Of a stretch of 64,000 bases of DNA, positions 25,832 to 36,160 are shown one piece after another; positions within the stretch are counted from its first letter, which is position 1; each line of letters begins with the position of its first letter. Made by a program: the position numbers and the translations under genes. The notes beneath the pieces were generated by a model. That model worked only from the letters and a program-made list of their open reading frames with translations, had not been told where the DNA came from and searched no databases. This DNA is from an uncultured Acidobacteriota bacterium (GTDB lineage Bacteria > Acidobacteriota > Thermoanaerobaculia > Gp7-AA8): the NCBI GenBank assembly GCA_963741955.1, contig CAVUKB010000006.1, positions 384,001 to 448,000 of the forward strand, written 5' to 3'.

Positions 25832-27526
25832 TCAGACTCCTGCCATGATCGCCGGGACTTCGATCTCGAGGAACGCACCGTGATCGGACGACTCGATCAC
25901 GAGCTCTCCGCCCAGGGATGCGATCCGCTCCTTCAGCGTGACCGGACCGCGTTTCATACTCGTCAACGCAGAGAGATCGTACCTTCCCTTGAACGGAAAT
26001 CCCTTCCCATTGTCGGCCACCGTAATGCGGATCGTGTCGTCACGCGATCCGATCTCCACCACCGCTCTCGTCGCATCGGCGTGCTTCGCGACGTTTGCCA
26101 CCGCCTCACTGACGATGCTGAAGATCTCATTGCGCAGCTCCGGCGAGAGCGTCTGAGGAAAGGCTTCCGTTCGCAATTCCACGTCGAGTCCCCATTGTCG
26201 CTCAAATCGCTCCGCAAGGGCGGAAAGCCGGCTGACCAGGCGGGTATCCTCGGTCGGAAGATCCGACCGTGGCCGGAGCTGGAGAATCAGCGAGCGGAGC
26301 TCGCGCTGATCGCTGGCGATGATCTCCTGAATCTGCGCGACGCGTCTCTTGGCGGATTCGGCAGAATCGGGGATCAGCCGGTGCAGCGTCTCCAGCTGGT
26401 ACGCTGCGCCGGTCAGTGACTGCAGCACCCCGTCATGCAGATCGCGGGAGAGGCGGACGCGCTCCTCGGTGATCGCAGTCCCCTGCATCTTTTCGATGAA
26501 GTACAACTGATCGAGGCGGCTCGCGAGAAGCCGCGCAACGATCTCGCTCAGGAGGAGATCGTCGGGGCTCAATTCGCGATCGTCGAAGAAGAAGACCCGC
26601 CCGTTGAGGTTCTCTCCTTCGATCGGAGCGGAGCAGATGTTCCGTTCGGGAACGTCGGAAAGGAAATCGCGATGCACGGGGTTGCCGGATGACGCGAGCG
26701 CGATTCCGGTCGAGGTGAGCCGGAGTGTCGTCGAACGGTCCGTGCCCCGGCGCACGATGAAGCTGTTCGTCTCGAACGGCGGCGCAATGAGGGGGACGAA
26801 TCGATTCGGCGGTTTCCGGTCGAACGAGAATCCTCCTGCTCTCCATCTCGCGACGTAGATGAACGGTTCTTCGCTGTCCTCCCAGGTCAATGCCGTTCCC
26901 GCTACTGCGAGCAGCTCGGTGCTCCGCTGGAGAACTGCCGGGAGAACATCTTCGCGGCGGTCCGAGCGCGTCCGGGGCCAGGCTGCGAGCTTCGCAAAAT
27001 CACTCTGAAGGTGACGCTGGTGCTCGCCGAGTGAGAGAAGGAGCATCGTGGCGACGACCAGCCCGACCGATCGGATCAGAAAATCGCCGTCGCGAATCGC
27101 TGCCCGGAGTGGCTGCGGCGACATGAGAAGACCGGTCGCCACATACATCGCGAGGGCGACCGTTCCGGTTGCGACTGTCGCCCGCGATCGGAATCGAAGC
27201 GTTGAGACGAAAAGCGAGAAGAAGTAGTAAATGAAGAATGGGCTCTCTCGACCGCCGGTGAATGCGATGAGACATGAGGTCATCGCAAGGTCTGCGACGT
27301 GAATGGCGATCGTCCATTCGAGCCGGGAGACTGAGAGCGACGAGAGAAGGACTACCCCGAGAGAGAGGACGATGTAGCCACCGAGAATTCCGTAGATGGC
27401 ATTCGGCGCCTCCGCGGGCTGGTGCGGATCGACGATGAGCGCGAGAAGGGCAGCCAGTGCGAGGGCGATGCGGCCGATCGCAATCAATCGCTCGGTGCGC
27501 GTGTGTGGTGACCAGTTGGTCTGCAT
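25832..27526 (-). CDS. Membrane sensor histidine kinase (HisKA_3, NarX-like)
   Basis: Multi-TM N terminus; EERVRLSRDLHDGVLQSL, EAVANVAKHA, DNGKGF. Confidence 0.9.
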   Translation of the reverse strand: MQTNWSPHTRTERLIAIGRIALALAALLALIVDPHQPAEAPNAIYGILGGYIVLSLGVVLLSSLSVSRLEWTIAIHVADLAMTSCLIAFTGGRESPFFIYYFFSLFVSTLRFRSRATVATGTVALAMYVATGLLMSPQPLRAAIRDGDFLIRSVGLVVATMLLLSLGEHQRHLQSDFAKLAAWPRTRSDRREDVLPAVLQRSTELLAVAGTALTWEDSEEPFIYVARWRAGGFSFDRKPPNRFVPLIAPPFETNSFIVRRGTDRSTTLRLTSTGIALASSGNPVHRDFLSDVPERNICSAPIEGENLNGRVFFFDDRELSPDDLLLSEIVARLLASRLDQLYFIEKMQGTAITEERVRLSRDLHDGVLQSLTGAAYQLETLHRLIPDSAESAKRRVAQIQEIIASDQRELRSLILQLRPRSDLPTEDTRLVSRLSALAERFERQWGLDVELRTEAFPQTLSPELRNEIFSIVSEAVANVAKHADATRAVVEIGSRDDTIRITVADNGKGFPFKGRYDLSALTSMKRGPVTLKERIASLGGELVIESSDHGAFLEIEVPAIMAGV

Positions 27527-27689
27527 CGGTTCCGGGCGGAAGCGCCGCCGTGACGGTACGGCACGTCCTGTGACTCACTCGTGCGGGAGAACGGAATGAT
27601 CGTACCTCATCGCGGCGCCGCTGAGAACGCCGCCGCTCCCTTTTTCGAAGCGGTGGCTCGATGGCTCCAGCCGGCCGCATTCCACTGCC

Positions 27690-30197
27690 TCAGCGGGTTA
27701 CCGGCTGGTCGCCGAAGTGGACCGAGAGATTGATCAGGACCGGCACCGGCTTTCCGTGAAGAGTCGCCGGACGGAAGCGCCACTGGCGGACTGCGTCGAC
27801 GGCCTTCTGATCGAGTCCAAAGGGAAGGCTCTGGAGCACCTTCGTCCTCTGTACCCGTCCGGTCCGGTCGATCAGTGCTTCGACCACGACAGTGCCTTCC
27901 ACGTGCGCACGGATTGCTTCCCGAGTGCGCTCGGGATCGACATGCCAGACCCGGAGAGGTGCTTTCACATCGCCGCCCACCCGCAGTGGCTCGGCGTCCC
28001 CTCCCGCAGCCATCCGCAACTGCGAGGCGGCCATCGTCGCCATTCGATCGAGATCGAGGAGTTTCGGCTCGTCACTCCTCCGCGCCAGCTCGTGAATCTC
28101 CGAGAAGAGACGGTTACGATCGAGCTCTCCGGCCGCCCACGACTGCTTGAGCGCCTCCGCGAACGCTCCCGCGAGCGCCGCAGTGCGGAGATCATGATCC
28201 GCCCGGTTCCAGGAAGCGGCGAAGTCCGACCATCGGATCCAGCGTCCGAGCTCTTTCGGTTCGCCGTCGTTCATCGACCGGTAGCGGATGCGAAGAGCCC
28301 CGATCGATTCAGCCTTGTCGAACTCCGGCTTGACTACGATCTCGTACAGCGCCGTGACGTGAGTGCCCGCGCCAATCTCGCCTGCGTCGACCGCATCGTT
28401 GCGAAAGTCGACGTCGGCGATGTCGCGGTTTTCGTATCCGATCAGACGATACCGCGCGACGACTTTCGGATTGAATTCCACCTGGGCTTTCGCGCCGGTG
28501 GCGATCGACTGCAGCAGACCGGTGAGGTTCTCGGTGAACACACGCGATGCTTCGTCGATGGAGTCGACGTAGTGATACCGCCCGTTGCCGTGGTCCGCGA
28601 GCTGCTCCATCAGGACGTCGTTGTAGTTGCCCATGCCGAATCCGACCGTGGTCAGCTGGATCCCTTCCTTCGCACGCCGCCCGATGACCCGGAGGATGGA
28701 TTGCGCAGAAGTGTGGCCGACGTTCGCGACTCCGTCGGAGCAGAGGATGACTCGATTCGTCGCATTCGGCCGCGCGAACCGGCTCTCGAGCTCGTAGCCG
28801 AGCCGGAGCCCCTCTTCTGCGTTCGTGGAGCCTTCGGGATAGAGACCGCGGATCGCGTGAAGAATCGCATCGTGGTCACCCGTCGGTTCGAGAAGAATGC
28901 GAGCATCGGAGCCGAATACCACCAGCCCCAGACGATCGGACTCTTCGAGATGCCCGACGAGCATGCTCAACGCACTCTTGACCAGCTCGAGCCGGTTCTC
29001 TCGCGCCATCGATCCGGAGACGTCGACGACGAACGTCAGCACCGCAGGCTTGCGCCGGCTCGCGTCGACCGTCCGCGCTGCGATCCCGAGCCGGAGAAGG
29101 TAGGAACGTTCGTGACGGGCGAACGGCGCCGGTGCGCCGTCGGCGTAGAGAGCGAAATCTCCCTCCCGCGGAGGGGCGTCGTCGTAGTCGAAGTAGTTGA
29201 TGAACTCCTCGGGACGGACCAGTCGTGACGGAGGAAGATGCCCCTCCTCGAGATAACGCCTGGCGATGGTGAACGATCCGGTATCGACGTCGAGTCCGAA
29301 CGTAGAGAACGCGTCGTCTTCCGTCTCCACGAACGGATTCGTTCCGTAGTCCTGCCCATAGACGTCCGGATAGGGCTCTCCATTCGGCGCGACTTTCTTC
29401 CGCGGCGCAAGGAGAGAGCCCTCGTCCTTCAGACTCGGAGTTTTTCTCGCTCCGGCGAACGACTCGACTCCCTGCGTCCTCGCGCCCGGGGCGTTCTGAG
29501 GAGAAACGGAAGAGGAAACTACGCCTCCGACCACTCCGCCGATCGCCGCGCGGCCTCGTTCGGCGCCGCGAGAGGCAGAAGAAGGAGCTGCTTTCGGAGG
29601 CGGAGGCGGCGCAACGGCGACGTTCTGCCGGAGTGAGTCCGCGCCGAGGCCGACGCCGTGCGCCGGAGCTTCCGCGGAATCGGCGGACTGCGTCTCTTCC
29701 CGCATGGTCGCGGTGGGGCGCGCCGTCTTTTCGAATGGAGCCGACGACGGAGCCGTGGCGTTCGTCTCTTCTTTCGTCTCGCTCGAAGGGAACGCGATCG
29801 GCGGAACACTCTCGTTCCCGGCGGAGAGTGTCCCCCGAGCCTCTCCCTGAGGCGCCGCCTGCACCGGCTCCGCATCGTCCGCTCGAGGTGCGCGGGGCGA
29901 CGGCTTCTCCGGCGCCGATTCCTCCATCGCCGTCTCTGGTGACGAGGCCGAGAAGTCGGTGTGCCAGAGGTAGCGCACGCCGATCCACGAGGCACCGACG
30001 AGAACCACGATCGACGCCGCGAGCGAAAGGATCCGCGACGAAGTGAACCACGAACGGTGTCGGGGGAGATCTTCCACACCTTCGCCGAGGTCTTCCGGAA
30101 TGTCGCCGTGGATCCGCTGGAGAAGGTCCTCCGGTGGAGGTGGTGCTTCGGTCGCGGAGAGCCTCCGCGCGATTTCTTTCTGGTCGTGAGTTGTCAT
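27690..30197 (-). CDS. YfbK-like von Willebrand A protein with N-terminal TM anchor and C-terminal TonB domain
   Basis: Start ATG 30197 overlaps the sigma stop (ATGA). TM LAASIVVLVGASWIG; STFGLDVDTGS, DVSGSM (MIDAS), SDGVANVG, YRLIGYENR; C-terminal GTVVVEALIDRTGRV...AVRQWRFRPA. Confidence 0.85.
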   Translation of the reverse strand: MTTHDQKEIARRLSATEAPPPPEDLLQRIHGDIPEDLGEGVEDLPRHRSWFTSSRILSLAASIVVLVGASWIGVRYLWHTDFSASSPETAMEESAPEKPSPRAPRADDAEPVQAAPQGEARGTLSAGNESVPPIAFPSSETKEETNATAPSSAPFEKTARPTATMREETQSADSAEAPAHGVGLGADSLRQNVAVAPPPPPKAAPSSASRGAERGRAAIGGVVGGVVSSSVSPQNAPGARTQGVESFAGARKTPSLKDEGSLLAPRKKVAPNGEPYPDVYGQDYGTNPFVETEDDAFSTFGLDVDTGSFTIARRYLEEGHLPPSRLVRPEEFINYFDYDDAPPREGDFALYADGAPAPFARHERSYLLRLGIAARTVDASRRKPAVLTFVVDVSGSMARENRLELVKSALSMLVGHLEESDRLGLVVFGSDARILLEPTGDHDAILHAIRGLYPEGSTNAEEGLRLGYELESRFARPNATNRVILCSDGVANVGHTSAQSILRVIGRRAKEGIQLTTVGFGMGNYNDVLMEQLADHGNGRYHYVDSIDEASRVFTENLTGLLQSIATGAKAQVEFNPKVVARYRLIGYENRDIADVDFRNDAVDAGEIGAGTHVTALYEIVVKPEFDKAESIGALRIRYRSMNDGEPKELGRWIRWSDFAASWNRADHDLRTAALAGAFAEALKQSWAAGELDRNRLFSEIHELARRSDEPKLLDLDRMATMAASQLRMAAGGDAEPLRVGGDVKAPLRVWHVDPERTREAIRAHVEGTVVVEALIDRTGRVQRTKVLQSLPFGLDQKAVDAVRQWRFRPATLHGKPVPVLINLSVHFGDQPVTR

Positions 30198-30793
30198 GAC
30201 GGGGTTCCCTCCAGGGCGACTTCGAGAAGCGAGAGTGCCCGGCGAAGGCGTTTGCGGATCGCGACGCTGGTCACTCCCGCGCTCTTCGCGATCTCCTGGA
30301 CCGGGAGCTCGGCCCAGAAATGAGCGGTGACGGTGAATCGCAGATCGTCGGGGAGAGCTCCCACCGCTCTGCGCAGAGCGACCTCGCTCTCCTCTCGCGC
30401 CAGCCGGCTGTCCGCGTGTTCGCCGGGATCTGGCGGATCGGGAAGCGATTCCACCGCAACCAGCCGCTGCGGCGTGCGGATGCGATTGAGCCAGGTGGTG
30501 TAAGCGATCCGGAAGAGCCACGTGCTCAGTTTCGCGCGGCCGTCGAAGCTTCCGAGCGACTGCCACGCCTTCCGGTACGTCTCCTGGGTCAGATCCGCAG
30601 CGATCTCCGGGTCTCCCGAGAGCTTCATCAACGCGGCGAAGACGCCGCGGTACGTCTCGGCTGCGATCCGTTCCGCCGCGCTCCGGTCACCGCGGCGGAC
30701 TGCGGCGAGCAGGACCCCTTCGTCCTGCGGTGGTGCCATCGACAGCGGCATCGCTTCCCCCGCTTGCACTCTCTCTTCGAACGTGGTGCTCAC
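30194..30793 (-). CDS. ECF RNA polymerase sigma factor
   Basis: AADLTQETYRKAW, FDGRAKLSTWLFRIA, EIAKSAGV...RLRRA. Start is GTG 30793 or ATG 30751. Confidence 0.88.
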   Translation of the reverse strand: MSTTFEERVQAGEAMPLSMAPPQDEGVLLAAVRRGDRSAAERIAAETYRGVFAALMKLSGDPEIAADLTQETYRKAWQSLGSFDGRAKLSTWLFRIAYTTWLNRIRTPQRLVAVESLPDPPDPGEHADSRLAREESEVALRRAVGALPDDLRFTVTAHFWAELPVQEIAKSAGVTSVAIRKRLRRALSLLEVALEGTPS

Positions 30794-30888
30794 GAACCAT
30801 TGGACACGGGAGTGGGGAAAAAAGAAACCTCGAGAACGGAACCTCGCGATTCGCGCGGCACTGACGCGCAGTCTCCGATGGGTGCAGA

Positions 30889-31429
30889 GGGGTGCAGATC
30901 CTCCGATCTGCCGCGATGATCGTGTCGAAGCCGACGAAGACGGAGACTGTGGCGATTCGCGGAGCGTCGGGCGCACGCGTGATCTTCGCGAGCCTGGCGT
31001 CGCTTCCCGACGACACCGTCCCATTGCGCGCGAACTCGATTCGCGCCCGAGGGGTGCAGATCCTCTGATCTGCCGCGATCATCGTGTCGAAGCCGACGAA
31101 GACGGAGACTGTGGCGATTCGCGAAGCGTCGGGCGCACGCGCGATCGTCGCGAGTGCGGCTTCGCTTCTGCCGATGGCGCCGTCCCATTGCGCGCGAACT
31201 CGATTCGCGCGGCAGATCGGAGGATCTGCACCCCCACGACCTGGAGGAGTCCCGAGGGGTGCAGATCCTCCGATCTGCCACTAGGAGTCTGAGAAGACGG
31301 AGACCGTGGCGATTCGCGGAGCGCGGGTCCCTTGCGCGATCTTCGCGAGAACAGCTTCGCTTCTGCCAACAACTCTGTCCCATTGCGCTCGAACGCGATT
31401 CACGTGGCAGATCGGAGGATCTGCACCCC
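30889..31429. repeat. Triplicated REPIN/MITE-like element with 24-bp terminal inverted repeats
   Basis: ggggtgcagatcctc(c/t)gatctgcc at 30889, 31051 and 31256; inverse ggcagatcggaggatctgcacccc ending at 31234 and 31429; similar interiors. Confidence 0.9.
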
Positions 31430-31579
31430 ACAACCTGCAGCGCTCCCGAGGGGAGCGGCAGGAATGGCTCCCATTGCCTGCGGTATTGTAAGGTAGAGGG
31501 TGCCGGAGTTGCAGACCTGCCCCCGCCGGACTCGTGCGGTGCGGAATCTGCAAGGGAAATCCGGTCAGGATTGAATCCG

Positions 31580-32716
31580 ATGTTCGGAAAACGGATCACG
31601 CTGTTCAAGCTCTTCGGATTCGCCGTTCGCGTCGACGTGAGCTGGCTGATCGTGGCGGCGCTGGTGGCCTGGTCGCTCGATACGTACTTCTCACGCTCAT
31701 ACCCGGGATATACCGTCGCGACTTACTGGGGTATGGCCGCCGTCGGAACGATCGTCTTCTTCCTCTCGCTCGTCGTGCACGAGTTCTCGCACGCCATGGT
31801 CGCGAAACACTACGGCATTCCGATGAAGGGGATCACGCTCTTTCTTCTCGGCGGAGTGGCGGAGATGGGAGAGGAACCGCCCAGTCCCGAAGCGGAGTTT
31901 GCCATGGCTGCGGCTGGCCCGCTGGCCAGCGTGATCATCGGCATGGGCTTCGGGGCGGTCTGGCTCGTCGGAACGATTCTGAACTGGACCGTCGTGGTGC
32001 AGGGCGTGCTCAGCTACATGGCGATCATCAACATCGTCCTCGCCATCTTCAACCTCATTCCGGCCTTTCCACTCGACGGCGGCCGCCTCCTCCGTTCGGG
32101 ACTCTGGAGGTGGAAAGGAAATCTCCGCTGGGCCACCCACATCGCGTCTCAGGCCGGGAGTCTCTTCGGACTCCTGCTGATCGTTCTTGGACTGGTCAGC
32201 GTCTTCTACGGAAATTTCATCGCCGGAATCTGGTGGTTCCTGATCGGGATGTTTCTCCGGAGCATCGCCGCGAGCTCGTACCAGCAGGTGCTCGTCCGCC
32301 AGACGCTCGAAGGCGAGCCGGTGCGCCGTTTCATGAAGAGCGACCCGGTGACCGTCCCCCGTCACATCTCGGTCGAGGACCTCGTGGAGAACTACATCTA
32401 CCGTTACCACTACAAGATGTTTCCCGTGGTCGACGGTGACCGTCTCCTCGGCTGCATCACCACCCGCCAGGTCCGTGAGCTTCCTCGCGACGAATGGTCG
32501 CGGCAGTCGGTGGGTGCGATCGCCGACAGCTGTACGCCCGCCAATGCCGTCAGCCCGGATACCGATGCCATGGCCGCTCTCGCGAAGATGAATAGCAGCG
32601 GCTCCTCCCGCCTGATGGTGACCGAAGGCGACCGGCTCGTCGGGGTGCTCAGCCTCAAGGATCTGATGCGCTTCCTCGCGCTGAAGATGGAGCTCGAGGA
32701 CGACGGAAAGAGCTGA
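31580..32716 (+). CDS. Site-2 protease (M50) with tandem CBS domains
   Basis: HEFSH, FNLIPAFPLDGGR, C-terminal CBS pair. Confidence 0.92.
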   Translation: MFGKRITLFKLFGFAVRVDVSWLIVAALVAWSLDTYFSRSYPGYTVATYWGMAAVGTIVFFLSLVVHEFSHAMVAKHYGIPMKGITLFLLGGVAEMGEEPPSPEAEFAMAAAGPLASVIIGMGFGAVWLVGTILNWTVVVQGVLSYMAIINIVLAIFNLIPAFPLDGGRLLRSGLWRWKGNLRWATHIASQAGSLFGLLLIVLGLVSVFYGNFIAGIWWFLIGMFLRSIAASSYQQVLVRQTLEGEPVRRFMKSDPVTVPRHISVEDLVENYIYRYHYKMFPVVDGDRLLGCITTRQVRELPRDEWSRQSVGAIADSCTPANAVSPDTDAMAALAKMNSSGSSRLMVTEGDRLVGVLSLKDLMRFLALKMELEDDGKS

Positions 32717-32908
32717 ATTGTCGGCCTTTTCGCGCCATTTCCGAGCCTCCGGAGCGATCCTTCCGCACTTCCCGTAAACGGCAGAAAAGGAAACATTACT
32801 CTCCCCTCCAGCCTGCCTGGAGATGGTCTGTCGTTTGCTAAATATAAGGAACTGAACAGGAGGTGAGAACAGGGGCCGGCGGAGCGAATCGTCGGCCTTT
32901 GCGAGGAT

Positions 32909-34423
32909 ATGAAGAAGCACGATTTGGTGAAAACTGAGCTGATCTCGACGGGAACGCCCGGGCTCGACGAGATCCTGGGAGGCGGACTCCCGCGGAACCG
33001 GGCATACCTGATCCAGGGAGAACCCGGGGTGGGAAAGACGACGCTCGGTCTGCAGTTTCTTCTCGCAGGTCGTGATTCCGGCGAAAGCGGTCTGTACGTC
33101 TGTCTTTCGGAGACTGAAGAAGAGCTCGAGGAGATTGCGCAGTCGCACGGATGGACGACGGAAGGAGTCACGATTTTCCAGCTCTCCCCGGGGAGCGACG
33201 CGTTGACCGGAGATGAGGAGAACACGTTGTTCCATCCATCCGAAGTCGAGCTGGCCGAGATCTCGAGCACTCTACTCGATCAGGTTCAGAAGGTTCAGCC
33301 GAAGCGGGTGGTGTTCGACTCGCTCTCCGAGATCCGGCTGCTCGCGCAGAGTGGTGCGCGTTACCGCCGGCAGATCCTGGCGCTCAAGGAATTCTTCACC
33401 CGGCGCAACTGCACGGTGTGGTTTCTCGACGACAGCACCGATCTGACCGGCGACCGTCATCTGCAGACCATCGCGCATGGTGTGATGGCACTCGAGCAAC
33501 GCGCACCGATTTTCGGGCCATACCGCCGGCGAATGAAAATCGTGAAGCTGCGCGGGATCGAATTCATCAGTGGTTACCACGATTTCCGCATCATTCGGAG
33601 CGGCTTGCGCGTCTACCCGCGCCTCGTCGCCGCAGAGCATCGCGAGGCGCATCAGCTCCAGCCTCTTCTGAGTGGAGTCCCGCGTCTCGATGCGCTGACC
33701 GGCGGAGGGCTCGACCGCGGCAACAGCACTCTTCTGATGGGGCCGGCCGGTACCGGAAAGTCCGCGGTCGCGATGCAGTTCTGCGTCGCGGCCGCGGAGC
33801 GTGGTGAACGCTCTGTGCTCTTCAATTTCGACGAGACGACGCAGAGCGTGATCAAACGGAGCCAGGGATTCGGCATCGACCTGAAGAAATATCTCGCTGC
33901 CGGTCTTCTCGAGATCCGGCAGATCGACCCCGGAGAGATGCCTCCCGGCGAGTTCCTTTCCCTCGTGCGCGAAGCGGTCGAAGAAAAGAACACCCGCGTC
34001 GTCGTGATCGACAGTCTGAACGGCTACCTCAACGCGATGCCGGATGAGAGCTTCCTGACGATTCAGATGCACGAGCTGCTCACGTACCTCGGGCAGAAAG
34101 GGGTTGCCTCGATCCTCATCGTTTCCCAGGCGGGCCTGATCGGCTCCGCCGTGGATGCACCGATCGACCTCAGCTACCTGGCCGACTGCGTCATCCTTCT
34201 CCGGTACTTCGAGTTCAGCGGCGAAGTCCGGAAGGCCATCTCGGTTCTGAAGAAACGGACCGGGTTACATGAAACGGCGATCCGCGAGCTCCGACTCTCA
34301 TCCGAGGGAATTCATCTCGGTGAACCGCTGCGCGAGTTTACGGGCGTATTGCAGGGGATTCCTCGTCTGAATGGACAGTCTGATCTCGAATCCGACGAGC
34401 TCGACGCCCGCGCAGCGGGATGA
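32909..34423 (+). CDS. KaiC-like duplicated ATPase
   Basis: Two RecA-type domains with GEPGVGKT and GPAGTGKS; VFDSLSE and VIDSLNG. Confidence 0.9.
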   Translation: MKKHDLVKTELISTGTPGLDEILGGGLPRNRAYLIQGEPGVGKTTLGLQFLLAGRDSGESGLYVCLSETEEELEEIAQSHGWTTEGVTIFQLSPGSDALTGDEENTLFHPSEVELAEISSTLLDQVQKVQPKRVVFDSLSEIRLLAQSGARYRRQILALKEFFTRRNCTVWFLDDSTDLTGDRHLQTIAHGVMALEQRAPIFGPYRRRMKIVKLRGIEFISGYHDFRIIRSGLRVYPRLVAAEHREAHQLQPLLSGVPRLDALTGGGLDRGNSTLLMGPAGTGKSAVAMQFCVAAAERGERSVLFNFDETTQSVIKRSQGFGIDLKKYLAAGLLEIRQIDPGEMPPGEFLSLVREAVEEKNTRVVVIDSLNGYLNAMPDESFLTIQMHELLTYLGQKGVASILIVSQAGLIGSAVDAPIDLSYLADCVILLRYFEFSGEVRKAISVLKKRTGLHETAIRELRLSSEGIHLGEPLREFTGVLQGIPRLNGQSDLESDELDARAAG

Positions 34424-35939
34424 GCGCGTCCTGATACTCGCTCCTTTCGGTCGTGATGGGAGGCTCGCCGCGCGAGCCCTTGCAGACAACGGCCTCGAGC
34501 CGGAGGTGTGCCGGGGGATCTCCGAGCTGGTCGAGATGCTCCGCAAGGGTGCGGGGGCCGCCATCCTCACCGAAGAGGTGTTGACCCGGCCGGCGATGGA
34601 GGAGCTCCGCCAGTTCATCGATGCGCAGCCCGGCTGGTCCGACTTCCCTTTCATCGTCTTCTGCACGGCCGACGGAGTGCGACTCCGGAACCGGCCTCTG
34701 GAGAAGTTCGGACCGAACGCGAACGTCACGTTTCTCGATCGTCCGACCCGGATCCAGACCGTCGTGAGCACCACGCGGGCCGCACTTCGCGCGCGCCGGC
34801 GGCAATACGCGGCGCGCCGGCTGATGGCGCAGCTCGAGAGCCGGATCCGGGAGCGCGACGAGTTTCTCGCGATGCTCGGACACGAGCTCCGGAATCCGCT
34901 CGCCGCCATCGTCATGGCCACCCAGACCGTCGAGGGCCCTCTCTCGGCCGAGGTGAATCATCGAGTGGAACTGATCGAACGGCAGGCCCGTCATCTCGCG
35001 AGACTGGTCGACGATCTCCTCGAGGTCTCGCGTGTGACGTCAGGAAAAATCTCGCTGGTGAAACGGCCGATCGATTTCTGCGATCTGGTCCGTCACTGCA
35101 TCGAGACCATTCATGCCCCTCACACCATCGAGGTCAACGTCCCCGACGATGCGTGCTGGGTCGACGCCGATCCGGTGCGGCTCGAACAGGTGGTGACCAA
35201 TCTCCTGACCAACGCCGTGAAGTACAGCCCTCCCAAGACTCCGATCCGGATCTCCATCGAACCGGGAGAGAATTTCATTGCGCTCCACGTGAAGGACGAC
35301 GGAATCGGGGTCGACCCCACCCTTCTTCCGCGCATCTTCGACATGTTCATGCAGATCGACAAGACCATCGACCGTTCACAGGGAGGACTCGGGCTCGGGC
35401 TGACCCTCGTCCGCAATCTGGTCGAGATGCATGGCGGAGACGTCGAGGCCCGCAGCGACGGAATCGGGAAAGGAACCGAATTCATCGTCCGCCTTCCGTC
35501 GTCCGAAAACCAGGAGCGCGCCGAGGAGTTGCCCGAAACGGATGCCGTCGTCGGTGACGCCCGGGCCCTTTCCGTCGTCGTGATCGAAGATGCTGCCGAC
35601 GTCCGCGAGCTCCTCAAGATCATGATCCGCAAGCTCGGGCACGAAGCGACCGCCGCATCGAACGGAATGGACGGCCTGGACATGATCTTCGAATCGAGGC
35701 CGGACGTCGCAGTGATCGACCTCGGACTACCCGGGATCGACGGGTACCACGTCGCGCGGAGAGTGCGAGAGGAGATCGGTCGGAGCATCTACCTCGTTGC
35801 CCTCAGCGGCTATGGACAGCCCGAGGACCGGAAGCGCGCCGCCGATGCGGGATTCGACGTACACCTGACCAAGCCTGCCGATCTCGCCATGCTGCGTCAG
35901 GCGCTGTACCAGCCCGGCTCGTCCGTCGCGGGAGGGTGA
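34371..35939 (+). CDS. Hybrid histidine kinase (degenerate N-terminal receiver, HisKA, HATPase, REC)
   Basis: DEFLAMLGHELRNPL, NLLTNAVKY, GLGLGL, IDLGLPGIDGY, HLTKP. Confidence 0.9.
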   Translation: MDSLISNPTSSTPAQRDERVLILAPFGRDGRLAARALADNGLEPEVCRGISELVEMLRKGAGAAILTEEVLTRPAMEELRQFIDAQPGWSDFPFIVFCTADGVRLRNRPLEKFGPNANVTFLDRPTRIQTVVSTTRAALRARRRQYAARRLMAQLESRIRERDEFLAMLGHELRNPLAAIVMATQTVEGPLSAEVNHRVELIERQARHLARLVDDLLEVSRVTSGKISLVKRPIDFCDLVRHCIETIHAPHTIEVNVPDDACWVDADPVRLEQVVTNLLTNAVKYSPPKTPIRISIEPGENFIALHVKDDGIGVDPTLLPRIFDMFMQIDKTIDRSQGGLGLGLTLVRNLVEMHGGDVEARSDGIGKGTEFIVRLPSSENQERAEELPETDAVVGDARALSVVVIEDAADVRELLKIMIRKLGHEATAASNGMDGLDMIFESRPDVAVIDLGLPGIDGYHVARRVREEIGRSIYLVALSGYGQPEDRKRAADAGFDVHLTKPADLAMLRQALYQPGSSVAGG

Positions 35940-36160
35940 GGGAGGTCGTGGATCGAAGCTCGTCGGCTGCGAATGCAGTCTTCGCAAAAGACCTGACCCT
36001 CTCTGGGTGAGCGGTGAGCGGCGCGGGAACACACTATCTGACTTCCGGCAACTCTCCCGTTTCTGCCGACGGGCGCCGCGGCTTTGGCCGCGGCCGGCAC
36101 GGCGGAAGCCGTGCCGCTCCAACTGCAACATCTGCTCGATGTTCGTCGCTCGTCGCTCGC

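Noticed and set aside
30198-30566. N-terminal extension of the vWA ORF
   Set aside because: Overlaps the ECF sigma gene in another frame; the ATGA coupling at 30194-30197 marks the true start.
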